From Collinsella sp. (GTDB lineage: Bacteria > Actinomycetota > Coriobacteriia > Coriobacteriales > Coriobacteriaceae), in NCBI GenBank assembly GCA_031295385.1, contig JAUMOL010000023.1:230-64229 (forward strand): a DNA stretch of 64,000 nucleotides, given 5' to 3'. Both the position numbers and the translations under genes were made by a program. The first letter of the stretch is position 1; the number at the start of each line of letters is the position of its first letter. Below are positions 36,366 through 47,000 of this stretch, piece by piece. The notes beneath the pieces are model-generated. The model had not been told where the DNA came from, searched no databases, and saw nothing but the letters and a program-made list of their open reading frames with translations.

Positions 36366-37841
36366 ATGGCATCAGACGTTCGCGTCCGCTTTGCACCCTC
36401 ACCGACGGGCAAGCTGCACATCGGCGGCGCCCGCACCGCTATCTATAACTGGGCTTTCGCCCGTGCTAACGGCGGCACGTTCATCCTGCGCATCGACGAC
36501 ACCGACCCCACCCGCTCCACCGACGAGAACACGCAGATCATCCTGCGCGCCATGCGTTGGCTGGGCCTGGACTGGGACGAGGGTCCCGAGGTGGGCGGCG
36601 ACTTTGGCCCCTACGCCCAGACCGAGCGCTTGGACCTGTACAAGCAGGCCGCCCAGAAGCTTTGGGACGAGGGCAAGGCCTATCCCTGCTTCTGCACCAA
36701 GGAGCAGCTCGACGCCGACCGCAAGGCCGCGCAGGAGCGCAAGGACCCCTTCCAGGGCTATCAGCGCCGTTGCCGCGATCTTGATCCCGAGGAGGCCCGC
36801 CGCCGCATCGAGGCCGGGGAGTCCTACGTCCTGCGCATCAAGGTGCCCGAGGACCGCGGCGACGTCGTCATCCACGACGCCGTCCACGGAGAGGTGACCT
36901 TCGACGCCAAGGAGCTCGACGACTTTGTCATCTTCCGCTCCGACGGTACGCCCACGTATAACTTCGCGACCGTCGTCGACGACGCCATGATGAAGATCAC
37001 CCACGTCATCCGCGGCGACGACCACCTGTCCAACACCCCGCGTCAGGTCATGGTCTACGAGGCCCTCGGCGCTCCCGTGCCCGCGTTCGCTCACATCTCC
37101 ATGATCCTGGGCGCCGACGGCAAAAAGCTCTCCAAGCGCCACGGCGCCACCTCGGTGGAGGAGTACCGCGACGCCGGCTACCTGTCCGACGCCTTTGTCA
37201 ACTACCTGGCGCTGCTCGGCTGGTCGCTCGACGGCGAAACCACGATCATCCCGCGCGATGTCCTGGCCAGCAAGTTCTCGCTCGACCGCATCTCCAAGAA
37301 CCCGGCGACCTTCGACCCCAAGAAGCTCGACTGGGTCAACGCCGAGTACATCAATGGCATGTCCGATGCTCAGTTTGCCGACGAGATCATGGTTCCCGAG
37401 CTGCACGAGGCGGGTCTCATCGAGGGTAATGTCGAGTACGGCGAGGATTGGATCGACGCGCTTGCCGCCATCGTTAAGCCGCGCACCAAGATGCCGGCCG
37501 ACGCCGTGACCGTCGCCGCTCCCATCTTCGCTACGGCCGAGACGCTCGAGTATGACGAGAAGTCCGTCAACAAGGGCCTGGCCAAGGAGGGCATGGGTGC
37601 CATTCTGGATGCCGCCAAGGGCGCGCTCGAGGGCGTGGACGAGTGGACGGCTGCCAACATCGACGCTGCGCTTGAGCCGTTGCCCGAGCAGATGGACCTT
37701 AAGAAGCGCGTGGTGTTCCAGGCTGTGCGCGTTGCCGTCTGCGGCAACATGGTGAGCCCTCCGCTGGGCGAGACCATGGCGCTCGTCGGCCGCGACGACT
37801 GCCTGGCGCGCATCGACCGCGCCCGCACGATGGCGCTGTAG
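36366..37841 (+). CDS. gltX: Glutamate--tRNA ligase
   Basis: ATG at 36366 after GAGGAG. HIGH motif (HIGGARTA) and KMSKS-type motif (KLSKRHG). Confidence 0.95.
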   Translation: MASDVRVRFAPSPTGKLHIGGARTAIYNWAFARANGGTFILRIDDTDPTRSTDENTQIILRAMRWLGLDWDEGPEVGGDFGPYAQTERLDLYKQAAQKLWDEGKAYPCFCTKEQLDADRKAAQERKDPFQGYQRRCRDLDPEEARRRIEAGESYVLRIKVPEDRGDVVIHDAVHGEVTFDAKELDDFVIFRSDGTPTYNFATVVDDAMMKITHVIRGDDHLSNTPRQVMVYEALGAPVPAFAHISMILGADGKKLSKRHGATSVEEYRDAGYLSDAFVNYLALLGWSLDGETTIIPRDVLASKFSLDRISKNPATFDPKKLDWVNAEYINGMSDAQFADEIMVPELHEAGLIEGNVEYGEDWIDALAAIVKPRTKMPADAVTVAAPIFATAETLEYDEKSVNKGLAKEGMGAILDAAKGALEGVDEWTAANIDAALEPLPEQMDLKKRVVFQAVRVAVCGNMVSPPLGETMALVGRDDCLARIDRARTMAL

Positions 37842-37864
37842 CAGCCGCGTAAACGCACGTATCC

Positions 37865-37897
37865 GAGCCCCGTTCACCCGAGCGGGGCTCTTGTTTC
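37865..37897 (+). terminator. Rho-independent terminator after gltX
   Basis: Stem GAGCCCCG/CGGGGCTC followed by TTGTTTC. Confidence 0.75.
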
Positions 37898-37929
37898 TGA
37901 AGACGAATGGGATGGGAGGTGTTGGGGCC

Positions 37930-40383
37930 ATGGCCGAGCAACTGTCGCTGTTTGGTTCGCCGGAACCGGAGCAGGCTCCGGCCACGCCCGAGCCTGCTGT
38001 TTCCCCGGCCAAGTCCGAGCCTGTACCTGAGCCCGTCGCCGCCTACGCGAGCGTAGTCCTGGACATTCCGACGCGTGCGCTGTCCGAGCCATTCGCCTAC
38101 GGCATCCCGGAAACTCTTGCCTACGAGGCGCAGATCGGATCCACGGTTCTGGTCCATTTTGGCAACCGTGCCGCCGCGGGCTATATCGTCGACATTGCGT
38201 CTGAGCTGGGTGACCTGCAGGGCAACAGCGCTCTCGATCCCGCGCGTATCAAGCCTATCGAGGCTATCCTCAGCAAGCCGCTGTTTACCGCAGAGGCCGC
38301 CCGTATCGCACGCTGGATGAGCCGCGAGTACGTCGCGACGCTTTCCGAGTGCCTGCGCCTGTTCTTGCCACCGGGCGGAAGCCCGCGCGTGGTCAAGGGC
38401 GACGACGGCGTGTGGACCGTTGAGCGCCCCGCCGTCAAGCCTATCCAAAACCGCTGGGTGATGCTCACGCCTGAGGGCTTTGACTATACGCCGCCCAAGA
38501 CCGCCGTTCGCCAGCGTCAGCTCATCGAGGCTCTCCAATGCGGACCGGTAACAACGCGCGACCTCAACCTGCTCTACAACAGCATGTCGGCGACCATCAA
38601 GGCGCTCGAAAAACGCGGCGTCGTGGTGGTGGAGGAGCGCCGCGCCTGGCGTGGCTGCAGCGAGCAGACCACGCTGTCCTCGGCGAGCGGCAAGGCCCCG
38701 GTGGCACTCACCAACGGCCAGCAGCGGGCGCTCGCGCAGATTGAGCGCGCTCGCCTGGATGCTCACGGCGACGTGGTGCTCGTGGACGGCGTCACTGGTT
38801 CCGGCAAAACCGAGGTCTACCTCTCTGCCATCGAGCGCGTGCTCGCGGCCGGCCGCTCAGCGTGCGTGCTTGTGCCCGAAATCTCGCTGACGGCCCAGAC
38901 CGTCGGCCGCTTCCGCTCTCGCTTTGGCGAGACGGTCGCCGTGTTCCATTCGCGCCTCTCGGCCGGCGAGCGCCTGGACCAGTGGGATATGGTCGCCAGC
39001 GGTGCCGCACGCGTGGTCGTGGGCGCCCGCTCGGCGCTCTTTTGTCCGCTCAGCGACTTGGGCCTCATCATCATCGACGAGGAGCACGAGACCAGCTACA
39101 AGCAGGGTTCCAGCCCGCGCTACCACGCGCGCGAGGTGGCGGCCGAGATGGCGCGCCGCTACCGCTGCCCGCTCGTGTTGGGCTCCGCCACGCCTTCTGC
39201 CGAGGCCCTCGACCGCTGCCGCCGCGGCACGTACAACGGTGCCACCTGGACGCGCGTCGAGATGCCCGAGCGCCCGGGGCATGCCGTGCTGCCCACGGTT
39301 CGCATTGCCGACCTGCGCCGCGAGTTCTCGCACGGCAGTCGCTCCATGTTCTCAAAACCGCTGATGGAAGGCCTGGAACGTGTGGTCGAGCGTCGCGAGA
39401 AGGCCGTGCTGCTGCATAACCGCCGCGGCTTTGCGCCATTCCTTATGTGCCGCGAGTGCGGCTGCGTGCCCACCTGCAACCACTGCTCCACCGCGCTTAC
39501 GTATCACGAGCGCACGCACACGCTGCAGTGCCACACCTGTGGATCGTCCTGTCGCGTGCAGCCCTATCCCGCGCCCACGAGCCGTTGCCCCAAATGTGGC
39601 AGTCGCTACCTGGCAAAAATGGGTCTGGGCACGCAGCAGATTGAGGACGCACTGCACCAGATGCTTCCCGAGGATGTCGCCATTATTCGCATGGATGCCG
39701 ATTCCACGCGCGGTAAGGATGCGCACAAAAAGCTGCTCGAGCAGTTCGATGCGGCAGATTGCGCCGTGTTGCTGGGCACCCAAATGATCGCAAAGGGTCT
39801 CGACTTTCCCGAGGTCACGCTCGTAGGCGTGGTCAATGCCGACTTCGCCCTCAAGCTGCCCGACTTTCGCGCAGGGGAGCGCGCCTACGACCTGCTGGAA
39901 CAGGTGGCGGGCCGTGCCGGTCGCGGCGATCGCCCCGGCGAGGTGATCATCCAGACCTACCTGCCCGAGGATCCGGTCATCCGCGCCGTCGCTGAGCATG
40001 ACCGTTCGATCTTTACCGACTACGACCTGGATCAGCGCCGCGACGCGCTATACCCGCCGTTTGTTCGCCTGGTCAACATCTTGGTGTGGTCGGCGAACCG
40101 AGACAACGCGCAAGACTACATCGGGCGCATTGCAAAGCTTCTTAAGCGCCGCTGGCATGCCGCCGCGCCCGACTTTTTGCGGGCGGGGAGTGCCGTGCCG
40201 CAGGTGCTGGGCCCGGCTTCGTGTGTAATCGAGAGAGCCAAGGACCGTTACCGCTTCCATCTGCTTGTGAAGTCACCGGTAGGGTACCATGTCTCTGATG
40301 ATATCGACGCCTGCCTCAAAGAGGTGGGCTCCGTGCGCGGCGTGAGCGTGAGCGTTGACGTCGACGCCTATGATTTGATGTAA
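37930..40383 (+). CDS. priA: Primosomal protein N' (replication restart helicase)
   Basis: Motifs GVTGSGKTEVY and IIIDEEHETSYK, and a Cys-rich zinc region CRECGCVPTCNHCSTALTYH...CHTCG...CPKCG. Confidence 0.9.
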   Translation: MAEQLSLFGSPEPEQAPATPEPAVSPAKSEPVPEPVAAYASVVLDIPTRALSEPFAYGIPETLAYEAQIGSTVLVHFGNRAAAGYIVDIASELGDLQGNSALDPARIKPIEAILSKPLFTAEAARIARWMSREYVATLSECLRLFLPPGGSPRVVKGDDGVWTVERPAVKPIQNRWVMLTPEGFDYTPPKTAVRQRQLIEALQCGPVTTRDLNLLYNSMSATIKALEKRGVVVVEERRAWRGCSEQTTLSSASGKAPVALTNGQQRALAQIERARLDAHGDVVLVDGVTGSGKTEVYLSAIERVLAAGRSACVLVPEISLTAQTVGRFRSRFGETVAVFHSRLSAGERLDQWDMVASGAARVVVGARSALFCPLSDLGLIIIDEEHETSYKQGSSPRYHAREVAAEMARRYRCPLVLGSATPSAEALDRCRRGTYNGATWTRVEMPERPGHAVLPTVRIADLRREFSHGSRSMFSKPLMEGLERVVERREKAVLLHNRRGFAPFLMCRECGCVPTCNHCSTALTYHERTHTLQCHTCGSSCRVQPYPAPTSRCPKCGSRYLAKMGLGTQQIEDALHQMLPEDVAIIRMDADSTRGKDAHKKLLEQFDAADCAVLLGTQMIAKGLDFPEVTLVGVVNADFALKLPDFRAGERAYDLLEQVAGRAGRGDRPGEVIIQTYLPEDPVIRAVAEHDRSIFTDYDLDQRRDALYPPFVRLVNILVWSANRDNAQDYIGRIAKLLKRRWHAAAPDFLRAGSAVPQVLGPASCVIERAKDRYRFHLLVKSPVGYHVSDDIDACLKEVGSVRGVSVSVDVDAYDLM

Positions 40384-40401
40384 CAACCCGAAAGGATGGC
40401 C

Positions 40402-40938
40402 ATGGAAGCCAACGGAATCGTACTGTCGCCCGACCCTCGTCTGCGCCAGGAGTGCGCCGTCATCGAGGAAATCACCCCGGCGATCGAGGCGCTTGCCGAG
40501 AAGATGAAGAAGATGATGTTCGAGAACGGCGGCTGCGGTCTGGCTGCTCCGCAGATCGGCGAGCTCATCCAACTCGTTACTATCGACTGCGACTACAGCG
40601 ATAAGAACGACTACGACCCGTACGTGCTCATCAATCCCGTCATTGTTGAGCAGAGCGACCATCTGGTGCCGTTTAGCGAGGGCTGCCTGTCTATCCCCGG
40701 CATTAGCTGCGAAATTGAGCGTCCTGACCATGTCGTCGTCGAGGCGTATGACCTGGACGCCAACCTGATTCGCTACGAGGCCTCGGGCGATCTGTTCTGC
40801 GTGTGCCTGCAGCACGAGATCGATCACCTGCACGGCAACACCATGTTCGAGCGCCTTAAGCCCATGCAGAGGATCAAGGCGGTCAAGGAGTACCAGGACG
40901 CCCTGGCCCGCGGCGCTCGACCGGGCGAGACGGAGTAG
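40402..40938 (+). CDS. def: Peptide deformylase
   Basis: Motifs GCGLAAPQIG, EGCLSIPG and HEIDHLHG. The start is ATG 40402 (AAAGGA 5 nt upstream) or 40396. Confidence 0.95.
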   Translation: MEANGIVLSPDPRLRQECAVIEEITPAIEALAEKMKKMMFENGGCGLAAPQIGELIQLVTIDCDYSDKNDYDPYVLINPVIVEQSDHLVPFSEGCLSIPGISCEIERPDHVVVEAYDLDANLIRYEASGDLFCVCLQHEIDHLHGNTMFERLKPMQRIKAVKEYQDALARGARPGETE

Positions 40939-40946
40939 GTTCCACC

Positions 40947-41048
40947 GTCCCCGGTGCTGAGCGTCCACATATCATCCCGTGCTCAAACATTCTCGCTTCG
41001 CTGCGAAACTGCGCGCGGGACGATATGTGGGCGCTCAGCACCGGGGAC
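40947..41048. repeat. 102-bp long hairpin (33-bp arms) immediately after def
   Basis: Arms GTCCCCGGTGCTGAGCGTCCACATATCATCCCG (40947..40979) and CGGGACGATATGTGGGCGCTCAGCACCGGGGAC (41016..41048), with 2 mismatches. Confidence 0.8.
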
Positions 41049-41263
41049 TGCGTTGTTCTGGCTCGGTTCGCCCGGGTGCCGTTGGGCCAGGGATGGGCGT
41101 CTTCGCTGATAATTGCTTTGTTGGGAGGGCTGCTTTTGCTGCAGTCCTTTCTTTGTTTTTGGGTATATTTGAACGTGTTGAATTGATCTGGCGTCTTGGT
41201 TGGGACTTGGCCTGGCGCTGTTATTTGTAGCCTTCTTGGCTCTGGGTTTGAGGGGTCTATTTT

Positions 41264-42184
41264 ATGCGTATTGTGTTTATGGGTACGCCTGATTTTGCTG
41301 TACCTTCGCTGACTTCGCTTGTTGAGGCTGGGAACGAGATTGCTCTTGTTGTTACTCGTCCCGATGCTGTTCGCGGGCGTGGTAAAAAGTTGGAGCCGTC
41401 TCCTGTTAAGGCTAAGTCGCTTGAGCTGGGGTTGCCGGTTATTGAGGCTAATCGTATGACGGCCGAGGTTGTTGAGGCGCTCCAAGCTGCGCAAGCCGAT
41501 ATTTTCTGTGTGGCTGCTTATGGCTGCATTTTACCTGATGAGGTTCTTCATATGGCGCCACTCGGCATTGTGAATGTTCATGCGTCCTTGCTGCCTCGTT
41601 GGCGTGGGGCTGCTCCTATTCAGCGTGCCATTCTTGCTGGTGATGAGGTTGCTGGCGTTTCCATTATGCGCATTGGGCATGGCGTGGATACTGGTGCTTA
41701 TTGTGCTCAGGCTTCCACGTCGGTTGCCGGTAAGCATGCTGAGGCGCTGACCATGGAGCTTGGTGAGCTTGGCGGCAAACTGCTTGCCGATACTCTTCCC
41801 TCGCTTGCCGATGGCTCGGCTGTTTGGACTGAGCAGGATGAGTCGCTCGTCACTCATGCTGCCAAGATTTCCAAGCAGGAGATGCGCCTGGATCCGCAAA
41901 TGGCGGCGTTTGATTGCGTGCGTCATGTGCTGGCCTCGTCCGATACCGCGCCTGCTCGTTGCGTGATTGCCGGCAAGACCGTGCGCGTGCTCGATGCTGC
42001 GCCGGCTGATGTGTCGCTTGGCGAGGGTCAGGTTCTCGTTAAGGCCAAGCGTGTTTACCTTGGTCTTTCCGATGGCACGGTTGAGTTGCTCGAGGTTAAG
42101 CCCGATGGCAAGCGTGCTATGGCCGCTTCTGCTTGGGCTGCTGGGCTGCAAGGCGCCGATCTTTCGTGGGGTGTTCTGTCATGA
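41264..42184 (+). CDS. fmt: Methionyl-tRNA formyltransferase
   Basis: Motifs RIVFMGTPDFAV and NVHASLLPRWRGAAPIQRAI. Confidence 0.95.
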   Translation: MRIVFMGTPDFAVPSLTSLVEAGNEIALVVTRPDAVRGRGKKLEPSPVKAKSLELGLPVIEANRMTAEVVEALQAAQADIFCVAAYGCILPDEVLHMAPLGIVNVHASLLPRWRGAAPIQRAILAGDEVAGVSIMRIGHGVDTGAYCAQASTSVAGKHAEALTMELGELGGKLLADTLPSLADGSAVWTEQDESLVTHAAKISKQEMRLDPQMAAFDCVRHVLASSDTAPARCVIAGKTVRVLDAAPADVSLGEGQVLVKAKRVYLGLSDGTVELLEVKPDGKRAMAASAWAAGLQGADLSWGVLS

Positions 42185-43581
42185 GCAAGCTGTCTCCCGC
42201 GCGCAAGCTTGCGCTCGATGTGCTGATGGAGGCCGATCGCCGCGGCATGTATGCGCGTGACGTGCTGTCCTCTCGCGCATCGGCTAAGGCTATTGACCAG
42301 CGCGATTCCGCTTTTGCCGCCCGCTTGGCGCTTGGTGTGGCCGCCACGCAGGGTATTTTGGATGAGTTGCTCGATCAGTTTCTCGATAAGCCTAAAAAGG
42401 TTGCGCCGCGTGTTCGCATGGCGCTTCGTATCTCGGCTTTCGAGATGCTCTATTTACATACGCCTGGGCGCGTTGCTGTAAGTCAGGGTGTTGAGCTGGT
42501 TCGCTGCGGCGCTAAGTCCGCCGCTGGCTTGGCCAATGCCGTGCTGCATAAGGTTGCGGACAATGTTGAGGACTTTGCCACGGCGTCCGATGTAGATGAG
42601 TCTGAGCGACGCCTGGTTCGTCTGTCGCGCCTGATGGGTCTGCCGCGTTGGCTGTGCGCTCGCATTATGGCATCGTTCGACACGCCTGAGGGTGCGCTTA
42701 ACTTTGCCGGCAATCTGGCCCCCGCGCCGCTGGCCCTGCATGAGAACGCCTTTGCGACCAAGCCCGATCCGTATGTCTCGCAGCTCGTCGCGCCCGTTTT
42801 CCCGGGCTGCCATGCCCCGGTAGATGCGCAGGTCACGGTTGCATCGGGTGTGTTTGAGCGTGCTGCCGCGGTGGCATCTGATCTCAATGCGCAGCTTATC
42901 GCCACAGCTGCCACGCGCCCTGGAAGCTGCCTTGAGATTGGTGCCGGTCGTGGCACCAAGACCTATGTGATGATGTGCCAGGCCAAGCGTGCGGGCTATG
43001 AGCGTCAGCATACGGCGCTCGATCTGCATGATCGCAAATGCGATCTGAATCTCGCTCGTCTGCACAAGGCCGGTATTCAGGGCGTTCGTACGGTTTCGGG
43101 TGATGCCTGCGAGCTTGATGAAGTACTGACGTCGTTTGATGCCATGCTTGGCAAGCCGGTTAAGTTCGATACGGTCTTTATCGATGCGCCGTGCTCTGGC
43201 ACCGGCACCATGCGTCGTCATCCCGAGATCCCGTGGCGTCTGACCGAGAAGGATGTGACGGTTGAGCTGCCCAAACTGCAGCTGTCGATGCTCAAGGAAG
43301 CCGCCGCGCGCGTGGCTGCCGGCGGCGAGCTCATCTATGCGACGTGCTCGGTCTTCGACGAGGAGAACACGCAGGTGGTGGATGCTTTCCTTGCTTCTCC
43401 TGAGGGCGCCGGCTTTAGCGTCGCACCGCTCTCCGAGGCGCAGATCCTGCAACTCCCCGAGTTCGATCAGGCCAAGAAACTCGTATCCGTACGCCAAAAC
43501 GATCGAGGCATCTTCCAAAGCGTGCCAGTAAACGCCGACTCCTACGACGGCCACTTCTGCGCCCGCCTGGTCCACAAGTAA
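42181..43581 (+). CDS. rsmB: 16S rRNA (cytosine967-C5)-methyltransferase (NusB-like N-domain + SAM MTase)
   Basis: ATGA overlap with fmt. Motifs FIDAPCSGTGTMRRHPE and YATCSV. Confidence 0.85.
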   Translation: MSKLSPARKLALDVLMEADRRGMYARDVLSSRASAKAIDQRDSAFAARLALGVAATQGILDELLDQFLDKPKKVAPRVRMALRISAFEMLYLHTPGRVAVSQGVELVRCGAKSAAGLANAVLHKVADNVEDFATASDVDESERRLVRLSRLMGLPRWLCARIMASFDTPEGALNFAGNLAPAPLALHENAFATKPDPYVSQLVAPVFPGCHAPVDAQVTVASGVFERAAAVASDLNAQLIATAATRPGSCLEIGAGRGTKTYVMMCQAKRAGYERQHTALDLHDRKCDLNLARLHKAGIQGVRTVSGDACELDEVLTSFDAMLGKPVKFDTVFIDAPCSGTGTMRRHPEIPWRLTEKDVTVELPKLQLSMLKEAAARVAAGGELIYATCSVFDEENTQVVDAFLASPEGAGFSVAPLSEAQILQLPEFDQAKKLVSVRQNDRGIFQSVPVNADSYDGHFCARLVHK

Positions 43582-43586
43582 CGATT

Positions 43587-43654
43587 AAGTTGCGGTGAAA
43601 TAGGGATTGAATATCGGCTTCTACCCGCCAAACAGTCCTTATTTCACCGCAACT
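43587..43654. repeat. 68-bp inverted-repeat element, full copy 2 (inverted relative to copy 1)
   Basis: Arms AAGTTGCGGTGAAATAGGGA (43587..43606) and TCCTTATTTCACCGCAACT (43636..43654). The reverse-complemented loop shares GTTTGG and GAAG(G)CCGAT with the copy 1 loop. Confidence 0.8.
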
Positions 43655-43679
43655 CATAGAGATGCCTGGGTAGTTAAAG

Positions 43680-43717
43680 AATCAGCCCCGCGATTGGTGT
43701 CGGTCGCGGGGCTGATT
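43680..43717 (-). terminator. Hairpin downstream of the FmdB-family gene (candidate terminator)
   Basis: 14-bp stem AATCAGCCCCGCGA/TCGCGGGGCTGATT. The U-run is weak. Confidence 0.55.
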
Positions 43718-43722
43718 GGTTT

Positions 43723-43959
43723 CTAGTGGTTGTGCGGGCAATTGGCGCAGCAGCCGCTGGTGGCGGTGGTGCTGGAACCACCGCTGCGCTGGTCGGTGTT
43801 GTAGAAACCGCTGCCCTCAAACTTGATGCCGCTGGCCGAGAACGTCTTGGCCGCCGGGGCACCGCAGCTCGGGCACACGACCTCGGGGGTCTCGGACATG
43901 GGATGCTCAACCTCAAACACGTTGCCGCAGCTCGAGCACTTGTAATCGTAGCGCGCCAT
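43723..43959 (-). CDS. FmdB-family zinc-ribbon protein
   Basis: N-terminus MARYDYKCSSCG...VVCPSCG (two CxxC pairs) and a Cys-containing C-terminal tail. 78 aa. Confidence 0.8.
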   Translation of the reverse strand: MARYDYKCSSCGNVFEVEHPMSETPEVVCPSCGAPAAKTFSASGIKFEGSGFYNTDQRSGGSSTTATSGCCANCPHNH

Positions 43960-43981
43960 AATACTTCCTTTTCAGCACAAA

Positions 43982-44003
43982 GCGGGCAGATCGCTCTGCC
44001 CGC
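43982..44003 (-). terminator. Terminator downstream of the GH13-GH77 gene
   Basis: Stem GCGGGCAGA/TCTGCCCGC, followed on the minus strand by TTTGTGCTG. Confidence 0.6.
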
Positions 44004-44047
44004 ATAAATTCAAACAGCTGTAACTGTACCCTATATCGGGGGTTTTA

Positions 44048-47000
44048 TCACGCTTCGCCCCAGAATCTATGGGTGCTGCGCAGGAGCTGTGCAGTTTTGC
44101 CCTCGGCGGCTGCAACGTCGGCCTCATCGGCCTTCCAGGTCCAGTTGCCCGTTGCCACGCCCGGCACGTTCATGCGTGCATCGTCGCCTAGCCCCAGGAT
44201 GTCCTGCAGCGGCATCATCACCAGGGGAGCGTCGCTTGCGAGCGCGTCGCCCATCAGTTTGCCGGCCAACTCCTTGCCGCTCGGCTCGTCGCCGCCCGCG
44301 AAGGAGCGCGTGCACCAACCGGCGAGCGTCGACGTGTCGTGTGTCGAGGTGTACAGAATCTTGCCCGGCGTGGGATGCACGCCGCAGCGGACGTCGTAAT
44401 CGCTAAACTCCAGCACGTCCATACCGGGGAAGCCGCAGGTCGAAGCCATGGCGCGAACGCCGGGCGTCAGGTAGCCCAGGTCCTCGGCGATAAAGTTGAG
44501 CGGCCCCAGCTCGTCATAGGCAGTCTGGAAGAGATCCTTGCCCGGACTCGCCAGCCAGCGGCCGTCGGCGCAGGCCTTGCCTGCGGGAATGCTAAAGTAG
44601 CTGTGGAATCCCAGGAAGTGGTCCAGGCGCACGCGGTCGTAGAGCGAGAACGCGCGACGCAGGCGGTCCATCCACCAGCGGTAGCCGTTCTCCTTCATGT
44701 GATCCCAACGGAAGGTGGGGTTGCCCCATACCTGGCCCTCGGGCGCAAAATTGTCGGGCGGCGCGCCGGAAATCTCAATCGCCTTGCCGGTATCGGACAG
44801 CCAGAAGTTCTCGGGCTCGCTCCATGCGTCTGCCGAATCGTCCGAAACATACATGGGAATGTCGCCGATGACCTCGATGCCCTTCTTGTGCGCATAGTTC
44901 ATCAGCTCGCACCAGGCCAGGTCAAAGCGATACTGCATGTACGCGTGCAGTTCAGCCTCGTCGTGGAAACGCTTGTCATCGATCAGGTGCTCGTTGTAGC
45001 GCGCGACATCTGCCGGCCAATCGTGACGCGATTCGCCCTCAAAGTACTTCTTAACGGCCATGTAGACGCAGTACTTCTCGAGCCAGTCGGCGTTGCGATG
45101 CTTAAACGCCGTGTAGAGCGGGTCTGCATCTTCGCCGCCACGGGCCTTCCAAGCCTCAAAGTCGTCCGCAAGTTCCTCTTGGCTCTCGGGCAGCAGGTCA
45201 ATATTGCCCGCAAAGGCTGAAGGCCCCGCGTAAGGGGAGCGGAAGAAGTCTGTCGGGTTGACAGGCAGGACCTGCCAGTAGCGCATACCCATAGCGGCCA
45301 GATGGTCGATAAAGCGACGCGTGGGTGCGCCAATCGTGCCGGGCTTGCCGTCGTCGGTGGGCACCGAGGTGATATGGCACACGACGCCCGCGCCGTGATC
45401 GAGCGGCTCCTGCAGGCGCTGCTCGGCATGGTGATAGATGATCGACGAGCCCAGCGGATACAGATCGAGCGTGACCGTACCGTTGTGGATCTCGCACTCT
45501 TGACCGCTGATCACGTCACTCGCACATTCGTCGAGCGCCGGAATCGTCACGCGGTGCGAATTGCGCAGGCTGCGGTTGATGATAACCGTCGCGCACTCGC
45601 CATTCTTGCCCGTGCGGTTGTAGGCCAGCACCTCGTCGTTGAGCGCGAAGGCCTTGATCTCGCCGTCGATCATAAATGGCAGTGCGCGGCGTACGGCGGA
45701 GGCGTTCTTGACAATAGCCAGCGTGTCGAAGTCGTGCAGTTGGTCCTTGGTCGGCAGGGTGCGGCGGTTGCCCGGATCGGTAAGGCCCTCCAAGCCGTAT
45801 TCGTCGCCGTAGTAGATCGAAGGCACGCCGGGGAACGTCATCTGCATGAGCGTGGCGAGCCAAAAGCGGCTCTTGGCCAGTCCCATCGCGTTCTCGTCCA
45901 AGCGCCATTTGCTGCGCTCGCTCTCGGGCAGCTGCGACTCGTCGGGGCCGCCGCCGAGCACCGAGATGATGCGCGGACGGTCGTGGCTCGAAAGCAGATT
46001 GAGCGCGCAGGACAATGCCTCGCTCGGGTAGTTCTCGCGCAGGGTCTCGATGTCCTCGGCAGCTTGGTAGGCGTTTTTGTAGCCCATCAAAAAGCCGATG
46101 ACCATGTCGCGGAAGGGATAATCCATGGCAGAGTCCAGTTCGGAGCCCTGCAGGTAGCGGCGCAGATGGCCGTAGCTAATTTTATTGGAGGCGTCTTCCC
46201 AGACTTCGCCGAGCAACAGTGCATCGGGCTTTTCGGCAAGTACAGCCTTCTTGATCTCGGCCAGGAAGTCGTCGGAAAGCTCGTCGGCGACGTCCAGGCG
46301 CCAACCATGGGCACCGGCGCGCAGCCATTTGCGGATCACGCCGTCCTTGCCCAGGAGCCTCTCGCGCACCAGCTCGGACTTCTCGTTGATGGCTGGCATG
46401 TTGCCCACGCCCCACCAGCAGTCATACGAGCCGTCTTCGTGGAAGGTAAACGCATCGCGCCACGGCGAATCCTCGCTCTGCCAGGCACCCAAACCGGGGT
46501 AGTTGCCGTAGCGGTTGAAATAGATCGAGTCGTCGCCCGTGTGGTTGAAGACGCCGTCCAGGATGATGGAGATGCCCAGCTTCTCGGCTGCCTGGCACAG
46601 CTCGGTAAAGTCCTGCTCGGTGCCCAGGATCGGGTCGATCTTGGTGTAGTCAGCCGTGTCGTAGCGGTGGTTGCTCGCTGCTTCAAAGATGGGGTTGAGG
46701 TAGATGGCCGTAAAGCCCAGCTCGGCGATGCGGGGCAGGTCTTCCTGGATGCCCTTGAGCGAGCCGCCGTAGAAGTCCCAGGTCTTGATGGAGCCGTCCT
46801 CGGCGCGCTCGTACACGGGCGGCTCGTTCCAGTCCTCGACCATCCGGCGCTGAATGCCCTTGCGCGGTTTTTCGAGTTGGGCCATTGTGCGCTCGCGCCA
46901 GTGCTCGTCGCGGGCATAGCGATCGGGGAAGATTTGGTAGACCATGCCGCGCTCGTACCAGGTGGGGCGGTTCTCGCGGTGCTTGTAGACAGTAATCTGG

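Noticed and set aside
40979-41230. 83-aa ORF in the def-fmt spacer
   Set aside because: It starts inside the long hairpin, has no RBS, and its translation merely reflects the G+T-rich tract.
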